From a virus: a DNA stretch of 64,000 bases. The notes under the pieces are model-generated. The model did not search any database and was not told the origin of the DNA. It saw nothing but the letters and a program-made list of their open reading frames with translations. The DNA lies in the IMG/VR virus record IMGVR_UViG_3300045988_131144, positions 1 through 64,000 of that record; one strand, 5' to 3'. The position numbers and the translations under genes were made by a program. Each line of letters begins with the position of its first letter. The first letter of the stretch is position 1. Below are positions 53,305 to 61,250 of this stretch, piece by piece.

Positions 53305-55256
53305 GTCGCAGCGCTCAAAAGCGGCTGGGTCAGTTGCACGGCCTCAATAATATATTTCGACGGATTGACCATCACTTTTTCGTACTCCTCCGCGCCCTGA
53401 AACTCGTCTATGACGGTCTTTTCCTCAGCAGACATATCTGAATAGTGCTTGCGCCCGTAGCTCGGTGGGAGCCAACTGCGCTCTCTGGCGGCATAGATAT
53501 TCAGGCGGTCGATAAGCGGCGCGGCCTCCGGCTTAAACTTGATGTGACATGTGCCCTTTTTATAGAACTTCGCCGTGAACCATGTGAGGTCAACGACCGT
53601 CTCGCCCGCCGCGATAGCGTGCTTTACCCACGCGGAAACATTGCGCTTCTCTGTAGTCTCGCCTCGGTCGAGGTAATTCAGCGCTCGTTCCAGGTCACTC
53701 AGTTCTCCATAGACCGTATACGCGTTCAATTCCCTCTCGTTTTTCCAGCCGCTGGAACTGCAAAATCCGTTTATTGGGAGGATGACTTTCGTGCCGACCT
53801 TGTGGGCTTTATTCGTCGCCCAGCCGTTATAGTAGTGAATATTCTTCTGGCACTCCGGGAACCATGAATACTGCGCGGAGAATTTTTCAAAGAGAGCGTC
53901 TATACTCTCCTTCACACCATCCACGAGCTGCGCGTTGAGGTCATAGTAGACCTGCTGGAGGTTAAAGAGGTTGAAATCATAGCCGCAGAGCTTATCGACC
54001 ATTGCGGTGTAGTCCTTCTGCATCTTCGAGGTCATACGGGATGTAAACTCCGGCTTGTTGAGCAGACCGCGCCAGTACTTCATGCGCAGGGCTTTCATGT
54101 ACCGCTCTATACCAGACGTGCCAACAGTCTGGAACTCACTGCCGTTTATGTTGATGGATATAAGCGGCTTTATGTAGCTTTTAGATGCGTCCAAGTCGTC
54201 CATCATATAGGGCATAAGTGCGTTGTATTCTTCTATGAGCTTCCTGCCAAGCTGCGCTTCAAAGTCAAAGGACTGTATCATCTGCTCCGCCCAAGAGCCG
54301 TACACCATGGCATCGGGTTCTGGCTCGTTATTGTGCAGCTCTTCGGCCTGCGCTTTTTTGAGGTTTTCAAAGATAGTTGAGGTCTTGCGCTGCGCGGGAA
54401 TATTCACATAGATTATGGCTGCTTCAACATCGGTTCTGCGCTGCGCGTGCTTGAATGCGTCACGGACAAACTCTATCTTTGCGCCGCTCTCCGCGAGTTT
54501 CTGCTTGAGAACTTTGCGGCGGTTGGTATACGGATTCCTTATCGTCTCGGCGTTGAGCAGACATACAATTTGACCGCCGTCAGCCTGAATCTCCAACGCT
54601 TTCAAAAGATGCTCGTCACCGTTTGAAAATGGCGGGTTCATTATGATGAGGTCATAGTGCTTATGCGAATGGAAAGTAAGGAAGTCGTCGCTTATGACTC
54701 TGTAGTTCTTCCCGCGCAGCAGGGCGATGAGGTTAGCATCATGCTCTATCATATCCACGGAGTCCATATCAAAATCGCTTCCGTATCGGCGGCTTTTGTT
54801 GGCAAACTTTATGTACAGCTCGGCAAGATCACCTTTTCCCGCTGACGGCTCCAAGACTGTACAGATTTCGTCGGGCTCCTTTATATTTCCGAACATCTTT
54901 CCAGCAAGCGCGCTGGGTGTGGGGAAAAATTCAGCGTTCGGATCGGCAAGGTACGAAACGATGTCTGTACCGGTTTCGGGGACTTCTTTATATTTCTCGG
55001 CAATTAACTGTTTTGCCTCAAAGAGAGTGTTCGCATTCCCACAATAGCCGCCATCCACCAGACTAACGCCGTAATATATACCGCGCCTGCCGTAGTTATC
55101 ACGGTACTGGTTTATCTCTCCAACTTTCCCGCGGGTCGTGTAGACCGCCCAATGCAGCCTTCCGTTCGGCCACATCTCGCAGAAGTCACGATCATAGCCG
55201 CGAAGCTGCAAGCGCTGTTCAAAGTAAAAATGCAATGTGCTGTAATACTTCTTCAT
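53301..55256 (-). CDS. N6-adenine DNA methyltransferase with large N- and C-terminal extensions (orphan)
   Basis: VLEPSAGKGDL (motif I-like) and IIMNPPFSNG (NPPF motif IV). 651 aa from the Met behind GGGAGGA. No adjacent restriction gene seen. Confidence 0.75.
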   Translation of the reverse strand: MKKYYSTLHFYFEQRLQLRGYDRDFCEMWPNGRLHWAVYTTRGKVGEINQYRDNYGRRGIYYGVSLVDGGYCGNANTLFEAKQLIAEKYKEVPETGTDIVSYLADPNAEFFPTPSALAGKMFGNIKEPDEICTVLEPSAGKGDLAELYIKFANKSRRYGSDFDMDSVDMIEHDANLIALLRGKNYRVISDDFLTFHSHKHYDLIIMNPPFSNGDEHLLKALEIQADGGQIVCLLNAETIRNPYTNRRKVLKQKLAESGAKIEFVRDAFKHAQRRTDVEAAIIYVNIPAQRKTSTIFENLKKAQAEELHNNEPEPDAMVYGSWAEQMIQSFDFEAQLGRKLIEEYNALMPYMMDDLDASKSYIKPLISININGSEFQTVGTSGIERYMKALRMKYWRGLLNKPEFTSRMTSKMQKDYTAMVDKLCGYDFNLFNLQQVYYDLNAQLVDGVKESIDALFEKFSAQYSWFPECQKNIHYYNGWATNKAHKVGTKVILPINGFCSSSGWKNERELNAYTVYGELSDLERALNYLDRGETTEKRNVSAWVKHAIAAGETVVDLTWFTAKFYKKGTCHIKFKPEAAPLIDRLNIYAARERSWLPPSYGRKHYSDMSAEEKTVIDEFQGAEEYEKVMVNPSKYIIEAVQLTQPLLSAAT

Positions 55257-55284
55257 GTGTTCCTCCCTGTTTCTGTGTGGTTCC

Positions 55285-55989
55285 CTATATGCTTTTTCCA
55301 AACATGGCCGCAATTTTCTTCCTGCCCTCGACCGTCACGAGCGTCTGTGCGCCTGTTTTCTCGCCATTAACGTATTCCTTGAGGGTGAAGTAGCCTTTAT
55401 TGGTCTCGGCGTAGGGCCTGAGCTGCTGTTTCTTATCCCTGTAAAGATAGCCCGCGGCGATGAGGTTTCGTATCATTTCGCGCTCCCCGATGTGCAGTTC
55501 TTTGGCGGTCTCTCGGAATGAAAGATCGTTCCCTCGGTCTATGAGCGCGTTGAAGTAACTGACCTTCGGCGCGTCTCTGCGGCTGTTCGCCAGCAAGCCC
55601 CGGAAGAGCTGCTTTGTGGCTTCGTCAGCGCCCGGAATGTAGGTGTTGATGAAAAGCTCGTCGTTAGCCACGTAGCCGCCGGTGCGTCTTATAGTCGGAA
55701 TGATTTCATCAGCAACAAGCGCCTGAAACTTCTCGGCGGTTTCGTTCTTTGCTTTCATCGCGAGGCGGTAGAAGATGTTTTCGGGGATGTAATCACCCGT
55801 GGTACACTTCTGTTCCACACCCAAATCTGACAGATACCCGCGAACGCGCGTCCAGTTGACGACTTCATTTCCGCTGTCGGCTTTCTTCACAAATCCCAGC
55901 CCGCGTGCAACCGCTTCGAGGTCGAGGTATGCCGTGCCGTCTTTTTCGTAGCAGCTAACGCCGCTGATGTTCATAATTTCGTTTGACAT
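55285..55989 (-). CDS. antirepressor (N-terminal Bro/ORF6N-like domain plus KilAC-like C-terminal domain)
   Basis: YLDLEAVARGLGF...FQALVADEIIPTIRRTGGY and SFRETAKELHIGEREMIRNLIAAGYLY. Confidence 0.7.
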   Translation of the reverse strand: MSNEIMNISGVSCYEKDGTAYLDLEAVARGLGFVKKADSGNEVVNWTRVRGYLSDLGVEQKCTTGDYIPENIFYRLAMKAKNETAEKFQALVADEIIPTIRRTGGYVANDELFINTYIPGADEATKQLFRGLLANSRRDAPKVSYFNALIDRGNDLSFRETAKELHIGEREMIRNLIAAGYLYRDKKQQLRPYAETNKGYFTLKEYVNGEKTGAQTLVTVEGRKKIAAMFGKSI

Positions 55990-56147
55990 TTGCTATCTTC
56001 CTTTCTGATTCTTTGTAGTTCTTCTGAGGTGTTGGGATGGTAGCACCCGTGTCAAGCGCAAAATCGGTGTTTCTCTCGGTTTCGATGTCAAATACGCAGA
56101 TTTTTGTATTGTATTCATAATGCTTTGCCAATCTACGCGGCAAATTT

Positions 56148-56304
56148 TGTGCAGTTCTCCCCACGTAGTCGGGTAATTCTCTGTGGCTCTCCTCGACCTT
56201 GTGGGGTGATTCTGTACAGATCCCCCGACGTAGTGACCTAATGTTGTACAGCCCTCCCGGAGGACGTTTTGGGAACGTAGTGACCTGTTTCTGTGCAGTT
56301 CCCC
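56148..56304. repeat. iteron/operator-like array: 4x TGT(G/A)CAG-N(2-3)-CCCC and 3x ACGTAGT(GACC)
   Basis: TGTGCAGTTCTCCCCACGTAGTCGGG (56148), TGTACAGATCCCCCGACGTAGTGACC (56213), TGTACAGCCCTCCC (56245), ACGTAGTGACC (56275), TGTGCAGTTCCCC (56292). Confidence 0.65.
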
Positions 56305-56447
56305 TAACAAGCTTTTGGCGGTGATATGGTGTAGAAATAGAGCAACTGAACATCCATATTAAATGTGGCAGCGGTGAAATCCCGCCAGTTGTCGAACTCG
56401 CCTTCGTGCAACTCGCCCTCACACAGCCATTCGGCATAAATCTTCAT
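56304..56447 (-). CDS. 47-aa hypothetical protein
   Basis: MKIYAEWLCEGELHEGEFDNWRDFTAATFNMDVQLLYFYTISPPKAC. Weak SD; below the ORF-track cutoff. Confidence 0.3.
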   Translation of the reverse strand: MKIYAEWLCEGELHEGEFDNWRDFTAATFNMDVQLLYFYTISPPKAC

Positions 56448-56456
56448 CTCTGTGTC

Positions 56457-56879
56457 TTACATCTCCTTTATCAGTTTTATAAAGCCCTGCTGCTTGAGGT
56501 TCTTGAGCCAAATGTGTAGGAACTCGTCAAGGCTCACGCGCAGACGCTGAGAGTACATCATCTGGCCGTTAACTTCCTTGTAAACTTCGTCGTAGCTCCC
56601 GGTATAGTCATTGCGGAAAAGAACGGGTTCAATAGTCTGTTCGGTCTCATCGACCGCAAACTCGATCTCAGGATCAGCCATAAGATCGCCGTTCTGCTCG
56701 GAGTAATGCGCGATGTAGTACACGGGGCGACCTTTATAGTCCGAGAAGTAGAGGAACTCGGCGGCAAGGCGCGTGTACGGTTCATTCTCCACACTGATAT
56801 GAAAGTCGTGTCGAGAAAGCGCCTCCAAGATGGGGCGCAAGTCCTGATAGTTCTGCTTTGCGTGTTTCAGTTCGGTCAT
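56457..56879 (-). CDS. hypothetical protein
   Basis: Trimmed to the Met behind GGGAGGA. YYIAHYSEQNGDLMADPEIEF segment. Confidence 0.5.
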   Translation of the reverse strand: MTELKHAKQNYQDLRPILEALSRHDFHISVENEPYTRLAAEFLYFSDYKGRPVYYIAHYSEQNGDLMADPEIEFAVDETEQTIEPVLFRNDYTGSYDEVYKEVNGQMMYSQRLRVSLDEFLHIWLKNLKQQGFIKLIKEM

Positions 56880-56904
56880 GTTCGTAAATCCTCCCAAGTA
56901 TTTT

Positions 56905-57055
56905 GCGGGCGCGTGTTCACACAAACCCCCGCAGTTTTTCTATTGGCCGTGTTCAGGGGCGCGGAAACTTCCCAGTAAAATCCCGCGGGCGTGTTCAGCA
57001 CCCCCAAGACTTCCGCGCGCCCTGTTCACATTTCGGGACGCGGTCGCTCGCCTCT
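56905..57055. repeat. second iteron-like array: 4-5 copies of (G/C)(C/T)GTTCA spaced 31-42 bp in GC-rich DNA
   Basis: GTGTTCA at 56913, 56949 and 56991; CTGTTCA at 57022; CCGTTCG at 57048. Confidence 0.55.
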
Positions 57056-57299
57056 GCCCCGTTCGGTGATCCTGCCGGACACGTCCGGCGGCGGGTGCAA
57101 TCTGTTTTCTTCGGGGAGGTGCACCAGCTCCCCACGGCCTTACATCAGCACCCCGGCAGGCTGACCGCCGTTTATAGCGATGGGCGCGCGTCCTCGTATC
57201 TCTCGCCGGGTTTAATCCTGTTTTCTTGCCCATGAGCGCCCGCCATATAGGCGGCTGGACTTGCACCAGCGGCGGCGGATGCCGTCGGCCTTGCGGGCT

Positions 57300-58181
57300 T
57301 CACGCGGCGATTATGGCCGCGCGTATTTGCTCGATGATCTCATATATTTTAGTACTGCCGGTGCCGCTGTTGCGCTTGTAATAGCGCACAGAGTACCGCG
57401 GCGCACCCTCGATAATGGTAATGCTGCATTGTGCAAAGCTATTGAGGATCCAGCCGCGAGTGCGCAAGGGAATTTTCACGCCGTGCGCGTCGGCTATCTC
57501 TACCAATAAAGCGCCGTCTTTTATCAAACCGCCGCGGGTAAAAATCTCCTCGGCCTTCTTTATCTCTTGCCGGTGCTGCTCTTCCTGCTCTGCTCTTTCC
57601 TTTGCTTCCTGCTCTTCACGTTCACGGCGGGCGGCTTCTTCTCTCGCTTCTCCATCGGCGCGCAGTTTTGCGGACAGCTCCGCGCACTTGCCAAGCTCCC
57701 CGAGTACAGCCGCGCCGACGAAGTCGGCGAACGTGCCGCCGTTGTCGCGGGCGTCGGTGTAATTACGAACGCGAACGCGCAGACGATCCCGGATATAATC
57801 CGCTTGCCGTGCAGGGTCTGAGCCGTACCGAAGTATTACGGGTTCTTCCTGCGCTCGCAGCGCGTCCGTGTTTTCGGTTCTCCGCCAAACTCGCGCCCGT
57901 TCCTCCTGCGTGCCGTATAGTTCCACGCAAGCCGGGAAAAAGCCCAGAACATCGGTAAATTTATAATCTGTCATCCGCAGCGGCACTAAATAGTTGTTGA
58001 TCTCGACATAAAGAAAATACCTGTCGCGCTCATTGGCGGGGTATTGGTTTTTCTCTGTACATGTCCAAAGCTTGTACGACTCCGCGCCGTTGCTGACCTC
58101 GCGCACAAAATCCGCGCGGCAGTTTTTGCCCTCGCGGTTATACATGCCGTTAATAAAAAGGGGCTTTTTTAATGTGCTCAT
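57300..58181 (-). CDS. hypothetical protein with central Arg/Glu-rich coiled coil
   Basis: 293-aa ORF. EAREEAARREREEQEAKERAEQEEQHRQE. Confidence 0.55.
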   Translation of the reverse strand: MSTLKKPLFINGMYNREGKNCRADFVREVSNGAESYKLWTCTEKNQYPANERDRYFLYVEINNYLVPLRMTDYKFTDVLGFFPACVELYGTQEERARVWRRTENTDALRAQEEPVILRYGSDPARQADYIRDRLRVRVRNYTDARDNGGTFADFVGAAVLGELGKCAELSAKLRADGEAREEAARREREEQEAKERAEQEEQHRQEIKKAEEIFTRGGLIKDGALLVEIADAHGVKIPLRTRGWILNSFAQCSITIIEGAPRYSVRYYKRNSGTGSTKIYEIIEQIRAAIIAA

Positions 58182-58278
58182 GTGGTAATACCTCCGTATT
58201 TTTTAGGCTCAAAGCCTGTAAAAACGCCTTGCAATCAAGACGCTTTTACAGACTGCCGGGAAAAGCCCCGGCAAACTG

Positions 58279-58437
58279 TTAATAGAGATAGTACCAGACA
58301 ATAAATTTTGATTCTTTGCCGTCTGCGCTGCTCCATGGGGTGTACCAGGCTTTCCGCCGCTGCTTGCGGCGCTGTTCAACGAAATTTTTTGCCTGCTCTT
58401 CCGTGTCGACAAAATGGAATGTTGATTGATGTAACAT
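58279..58437 (-). CDS. 52-aa hypothetical protein
   Basis: GAGGAGG SD. MLHQSTFHFVDTEEQAKNFVEQRRKQRRKAWYTPWSSADGKESKFIVWYYLY. Confidence 0.45.
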   Translation of the reverse strand: MLHQSTFHFVDTEEQAKNFVEQRRKQRRKAWYTPWSSADGKESKFIVWYYLY

Positions 58438-58450
58438 TGTCAAATCCTCC

Positions 58451-58804
58451 TCAAATAAAATACATAGTCCCGTCCAGCTCGACGGCGACGGCCTCTTGCT
58501 TTAGCTCGTCTCGCATGCGGACGGCAAAATTAACAACATCGTCCAGGTGTTCATCAAGTGCAGACTGCGCAGCATAGGCGAACACGGCGTTGTTATCTTC
58601 GGCAATAAGCCCGTGCGCCTCGCTCATCCAATAGCCGCGGACGGGCGTTGACGTTGCGCCACCGAAGCACTCAGACAGCAGCGCGGCGGCCTCGGTCACG
58701 TATGCGCTTGTATCTCCTGCTGTGCTCGCGTCAACGGTTCCGGGAACGTAAACCGTTATTTTGTGGCTGAGGCTGAAAGAGTTTTTCAAGATATTATTAT
58801 TCAT
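58451..58804 (-). CDS. hypothetical protein
   Basis: AGGAGG SD. First gene of the long leftward block. Confidence 0.55.
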   Translation of the reverse strand: MNNNILKNSFSLSHKITVYVPGTVDASTAGDTSAYVTEAAALLSECFGGATSTPVRGYWMSEAHGLIAEDNNAVFAYAAQSALDEHLDDVVNFAVRMRDELKQEAVAVELDGTMYFI

Positions 58805-58847
58805 GTTCTGACCTCCTGCGCCCGTCTGGGCTTGTCTGACTGTATGT

Positions 58848-58876
58848 ATTATACAGTACGGTTAACAGTATTGCAA
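58848..58876 (-). promoter_or_regulatory. consensus promoter, copy 1 of a duplicated 29-bp element
   Basis: Minus strand TTGCAA TACTGTTAACCGTACTG TATAAT. Confidence 0.7.
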
Positions 58877-58925
58877 TATGTTATCTTGCACAAGGTTAAC
58901 CGTACTTTTTTGTGCGAATTGTATA

Positions 58926-58954
58926 TTGTTAACCGTGCGCACATTGGTTATAAT
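58926..58954 (+). promoter_or_regulatory. rightward promoter containing the GTTAACCGTG motif
   Basis: TTGTTA, 17 nt, TATAAT, followed by GGGGAGGTGA SD. Confidence 0.6.
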
Positions 58955-58974
58955 AAATATGGGGAGGTGATATT

Positions 58975-59208
58975 TTGCCCGTACCAAAAGGCGATAAAAA
59001 AAGCGATGCCCGCCGAGCCTCGCAAAATAAATATGATCTCAAAAATTTAGCCGTGCTTGCCTGCAAAGTGCGAAAACCCGAGGCCGAAGCGTTCCGGGCA
59101 CTTTGCGAGGTGCACGGACTGACAGTCAACGCGGCCTTGTCTGACTATGTGCACAACAGTTTAGACGGGTGCGCGCTGCTGGAAAGTTTGACAACCGCGG
59201 AAAAATAA
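58975..59208 (+). CDS. small putative DNA-binding regulator (RHH-like, tentative)
   Basis: TTG start. KKSDARRASQNKYDLKNLAVLACKVRKPEAEAFRALCEVHGLTVNAALSDYV. Confidence 0.45.
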   Translation: MPVPKGDKKSDARRASQNKYDLKNLAVLACKVRKPEAEAFRALCEVHGLTVNAALSDYVHNSLDGCALLESLTTAEK

Positions 59209-59222
59209 AAGGGGGTACAATA

Positions 59223-59375
59223 ATGCCAACTGAAAAGGAAATGAAAGAAGCCCGGAAAGCTATAGCGTATGATCTGATAAACATCATAGACGAGAAGCCC
59301 GAGCAAGAAACGTATACCGCCGAAGAAATAAAGAAAATAATTAAAATCTATGTCAGCACGGCAAATCAGGACTAA
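59223..59375 (+). CDS. 50-aa hypothetical protein
   Basis: Trimmed from 59169 to the Met behind GGGGG. Confidence 0.4.
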   Translation: MPTEKEMKEARKAIAYDLINIIDEKPEQETYTAEEIKKIIKIYVSTANQD

Positions 59376-59408
59376 AACCACTTAAGGATCATACAGAAAA
59401 ACAAGAGA

Positions 59409-59445
59409 GCAGACCGAAAAACAACGGCCTGCTCTTTTTGTATGC
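59409..59445 (+). terminator. rho-independent terminator
   Basis: AGAGCAGACCG / CGGCCTGCTCT plus TTTTT. Confidence 0.6.
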
Positions 59446-59487
59446 TTTGTACGGTTTACCGTGCTTATTTTTGTGCATTATTGCGGC

Positions 59488-59516
59488 TTGCAACACTGTT
59501 AACCGTACTGTATAAT
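59488..59516 (+). promoter_or_regulatory. consensus promoter, copy 2 of the duplicated 29-bp element
   Basis: TTGCAA CACTGTTAACCGTACTG TATAAT. Confidence 0.7.
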
Positions 59517-59569
59517 AACACCCGTAAACAAGAATATCTGACAGATCAGATATTAACGGAGGTAAAAAA

Positions 59570-59725
59570 ATGAGAAAATATCGCGATTTAATAGAAATCG
59601 GGTTTGATACCCGCGAAGAGCTCGACCAATTTCTAAAGACGATCGAGGACGACAACAACTTGACCGACCGGCAGTATTACAATCTACGTCACGAAGCTAT
59701 CAACAAATTTTACGAGGAGGAGTAA
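59570..59725 (+). CDS. 51-aa hypothetical protein
   Basis: GGAGG SD. MRKYRDLIEIGFDTREELDQFLKTIEDDNNLTDRQYYNLRHEAINKFYEEE. Confidence 0.45.
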   Translation: MRKYRDLIEIGFDTREELDQFLKTIEDDNNLTDRQYYNLRHEAINKFYEEE

Positions 59726-59728
59726 AAA

Positions 59729-60730
59729 ATGAAATATTTCGCACAGTGCAAAAACCTTGAGGAGCTCAAGAAGGAATTTAGACGGATGGCCATGCTTCAC
59801 CACCCCGACCGCGGCGGCGACGTCGAGACCATGAAAGAGATCAATAACGAGTATGACATGATGTTTCCCGTGCTCAAGGCCAAGACAGCCGCGCAGAGCA
59901 CCGAAACCGCCCAGAGCACCCGCAGCGAGTTTTACACCGCGAACGGCTGGAAGGGCGAACGGTACGAAGCCGGGCGCAGCCTCAAGGAGATAGCGCAGCT
60001 TGTACGCGCCTACATCAAGGAATTTTTCCCGGACTACCGTTTCAGCGTCCGCACGGCCTACGCTTCCATGTGCCAGGAACTTCACGTTGACATGAAAGAA
60101 GCTCCCGCGGAGATCTTCAAGACCTACGAGGAAATGACAGACGATGATATTTCCGAGTGTTGGCGGAAGGCCACCCGCAACAGTGTATGGACCCTCAACA
60201 GCTGGAACAAGGCCGAGGAGAAAGCCGAATTTGAAAGAATTTGGAGCAAGTACGGCGCATTTTATAGATGCCTGACCGACAAGACCCGCGCGACGGTGAA
60301 GGCCGTTGACGAGTATGTGAACAGCTTCAATTATGACGATTGTGATAGCATGATAGATTATTTCGACGTCAACTTTTATTACTTCGGATGCCTGCAGAGC
60401 CCCGGCGCCGTGAAAGTCGTCCCCCGCGCTCCAAGAGCCGAGAAGCGCCCCGCCAAGGCCGAGAGCGAAGCCCCGGCACCGGCACCGGCAGACAAGGCCG
60501 AGAAGCCCGAACAGATAGCCCCGGCGAAGCTCGCAGCGCTCCGCGTTGAGTTTAATACAGAGCATGACGGGATCGAGGTTTATTTTACTTCTAAGCCCTC
60601 TCAGGAAACGCGCGACGCGCTCAAGGCCGCGGGGTATCGTTGGCATAGCGTTAAAAAATGCTGGTTCGCCAAACGCACCGAGGCGCATTTACAGGCACTC
60701 AAAAGGATTGAGGACGAAGCCGCAGCGTAA
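59729..60730 (+). CDS. J-domain (DnaJ-like) protein with unrelated C-terminal domains
   Basis: LKKEFRRMAMLHHPDRGGD (HPD motif). C-terminal GIEVYFTSKPSQETRDALKAAGYRWHSVKKCWF. Confidence 0.75.
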   Translation: MKYFAQCKNLEELKKEFRRMAMLHHPDRGGDVETMKEINNEYDMMFPVLKAKTAAQSTETAQSTRSEFYTANGWKGERYEAGRSLKEIAQLVRAYIKEFFPDYRFSVRTAYASMCQELHVDMKEAPAEIFKTYEEMTDDDISECWRKATRNSVWTLNSWNKAEEKAEFERIWSKYGAFYRCLTDKTRATVKAVDEYVNSFNYDDCDSMIDYFDVNFYYFGCLQSPGAVKVVPRAPRAEKRPAKAESEAPAPAPADKAEKPEQIAPAKLAALRVEFNTEHDGIEVYFTSKPSQETRDALKAAGYRWHSVKKCWFAKRTEAHLQALKRIEDEAAA

Positions 60731-60768
60731 ACCCCGCCCCATACATCACAATGCAATATAAAGCCCCT

Positions 60769-60797
60769 GAGACGGTCAGAAATGGCCGTCTTTTTTA
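60769..60797 (+). terminator. rho-independent terminator
   Basis: GAGACGG / CCGTCTT plus a T-run. Confidence 0.55.
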
Positions 60798-60847
60798 TTG
60801 CCTTTATGCAGATGTCGACCGGGGACACGATCCGCGCCCATGCCCTT

Positions 60848-60945
60848 TAATATATATTATTTATATTATATATATTATATCCAAGATGTAATATATACTG
60901 TGTGTATAGGTATATATTAATAACCTATGTAATATTGGAATATAC
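60848..60945. repeat. (TA)n / TGTGTGTATA-rich block A
   Basis: Shares CCCTTT-ATATATA, ATATATATTATAT, TGTGTGTATA and TAGGTATATAT with block B, 300 bp downstream. Confidence 0.7.
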
Positions 60946-61146
60946 AGCCGTTCCCGCCCAGAACGCCGAGCACCAGGAGCGCCCCCGCACAAGCTCACCA
61001 AATCCCGAACCAGACGCGAGGAACGCACCCAGAAGCCCACACAAGCGCCATATATCGCCCCCCCTATTCTTATAGACCATACCCCGCCCCAGCCGAGCAC
61101 ACGACGCACGACGGAGCTTTACACAGTCGTACAGCTCCCCACACCC

Positions 61147-61250
61147 TTTTATATATAAATATCTAAGATATATATTATATATACTTGAGATTTATAATAT
61201 ATGTGTGTATATAATGTGTATATATATCTCTATAGGTATATATAAAATAA
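61147..61250. repeat. (TA)n / TGTGTGTATA-rich block B
   Basis: Imperfect direct repeat of block A. Confidence 0.7.

Noticed and set aside
55955-56437. ORFs 55955..56437 (160 aa) and 55993..56310 (105 aa) across the iteron-like array
   Set aside because: They have no SD, odd composition and mutually overlapping frames. Their sequence is dominated by the nucleotide repeats.
56148-57055. Possible CRISPR array
   Set aside because: The repeats are short (7-26 bp), imperfect and irregularly spaced. There is no uniform repeat-spacer periodicity and no cas genes.
59684-60688. 334-aa minus-strand ORF opposite the J-domain gene
   Set aside because: Shadow ORF. The plus-strand frame carries the HPD J-domain motif, an SD and a terminator.
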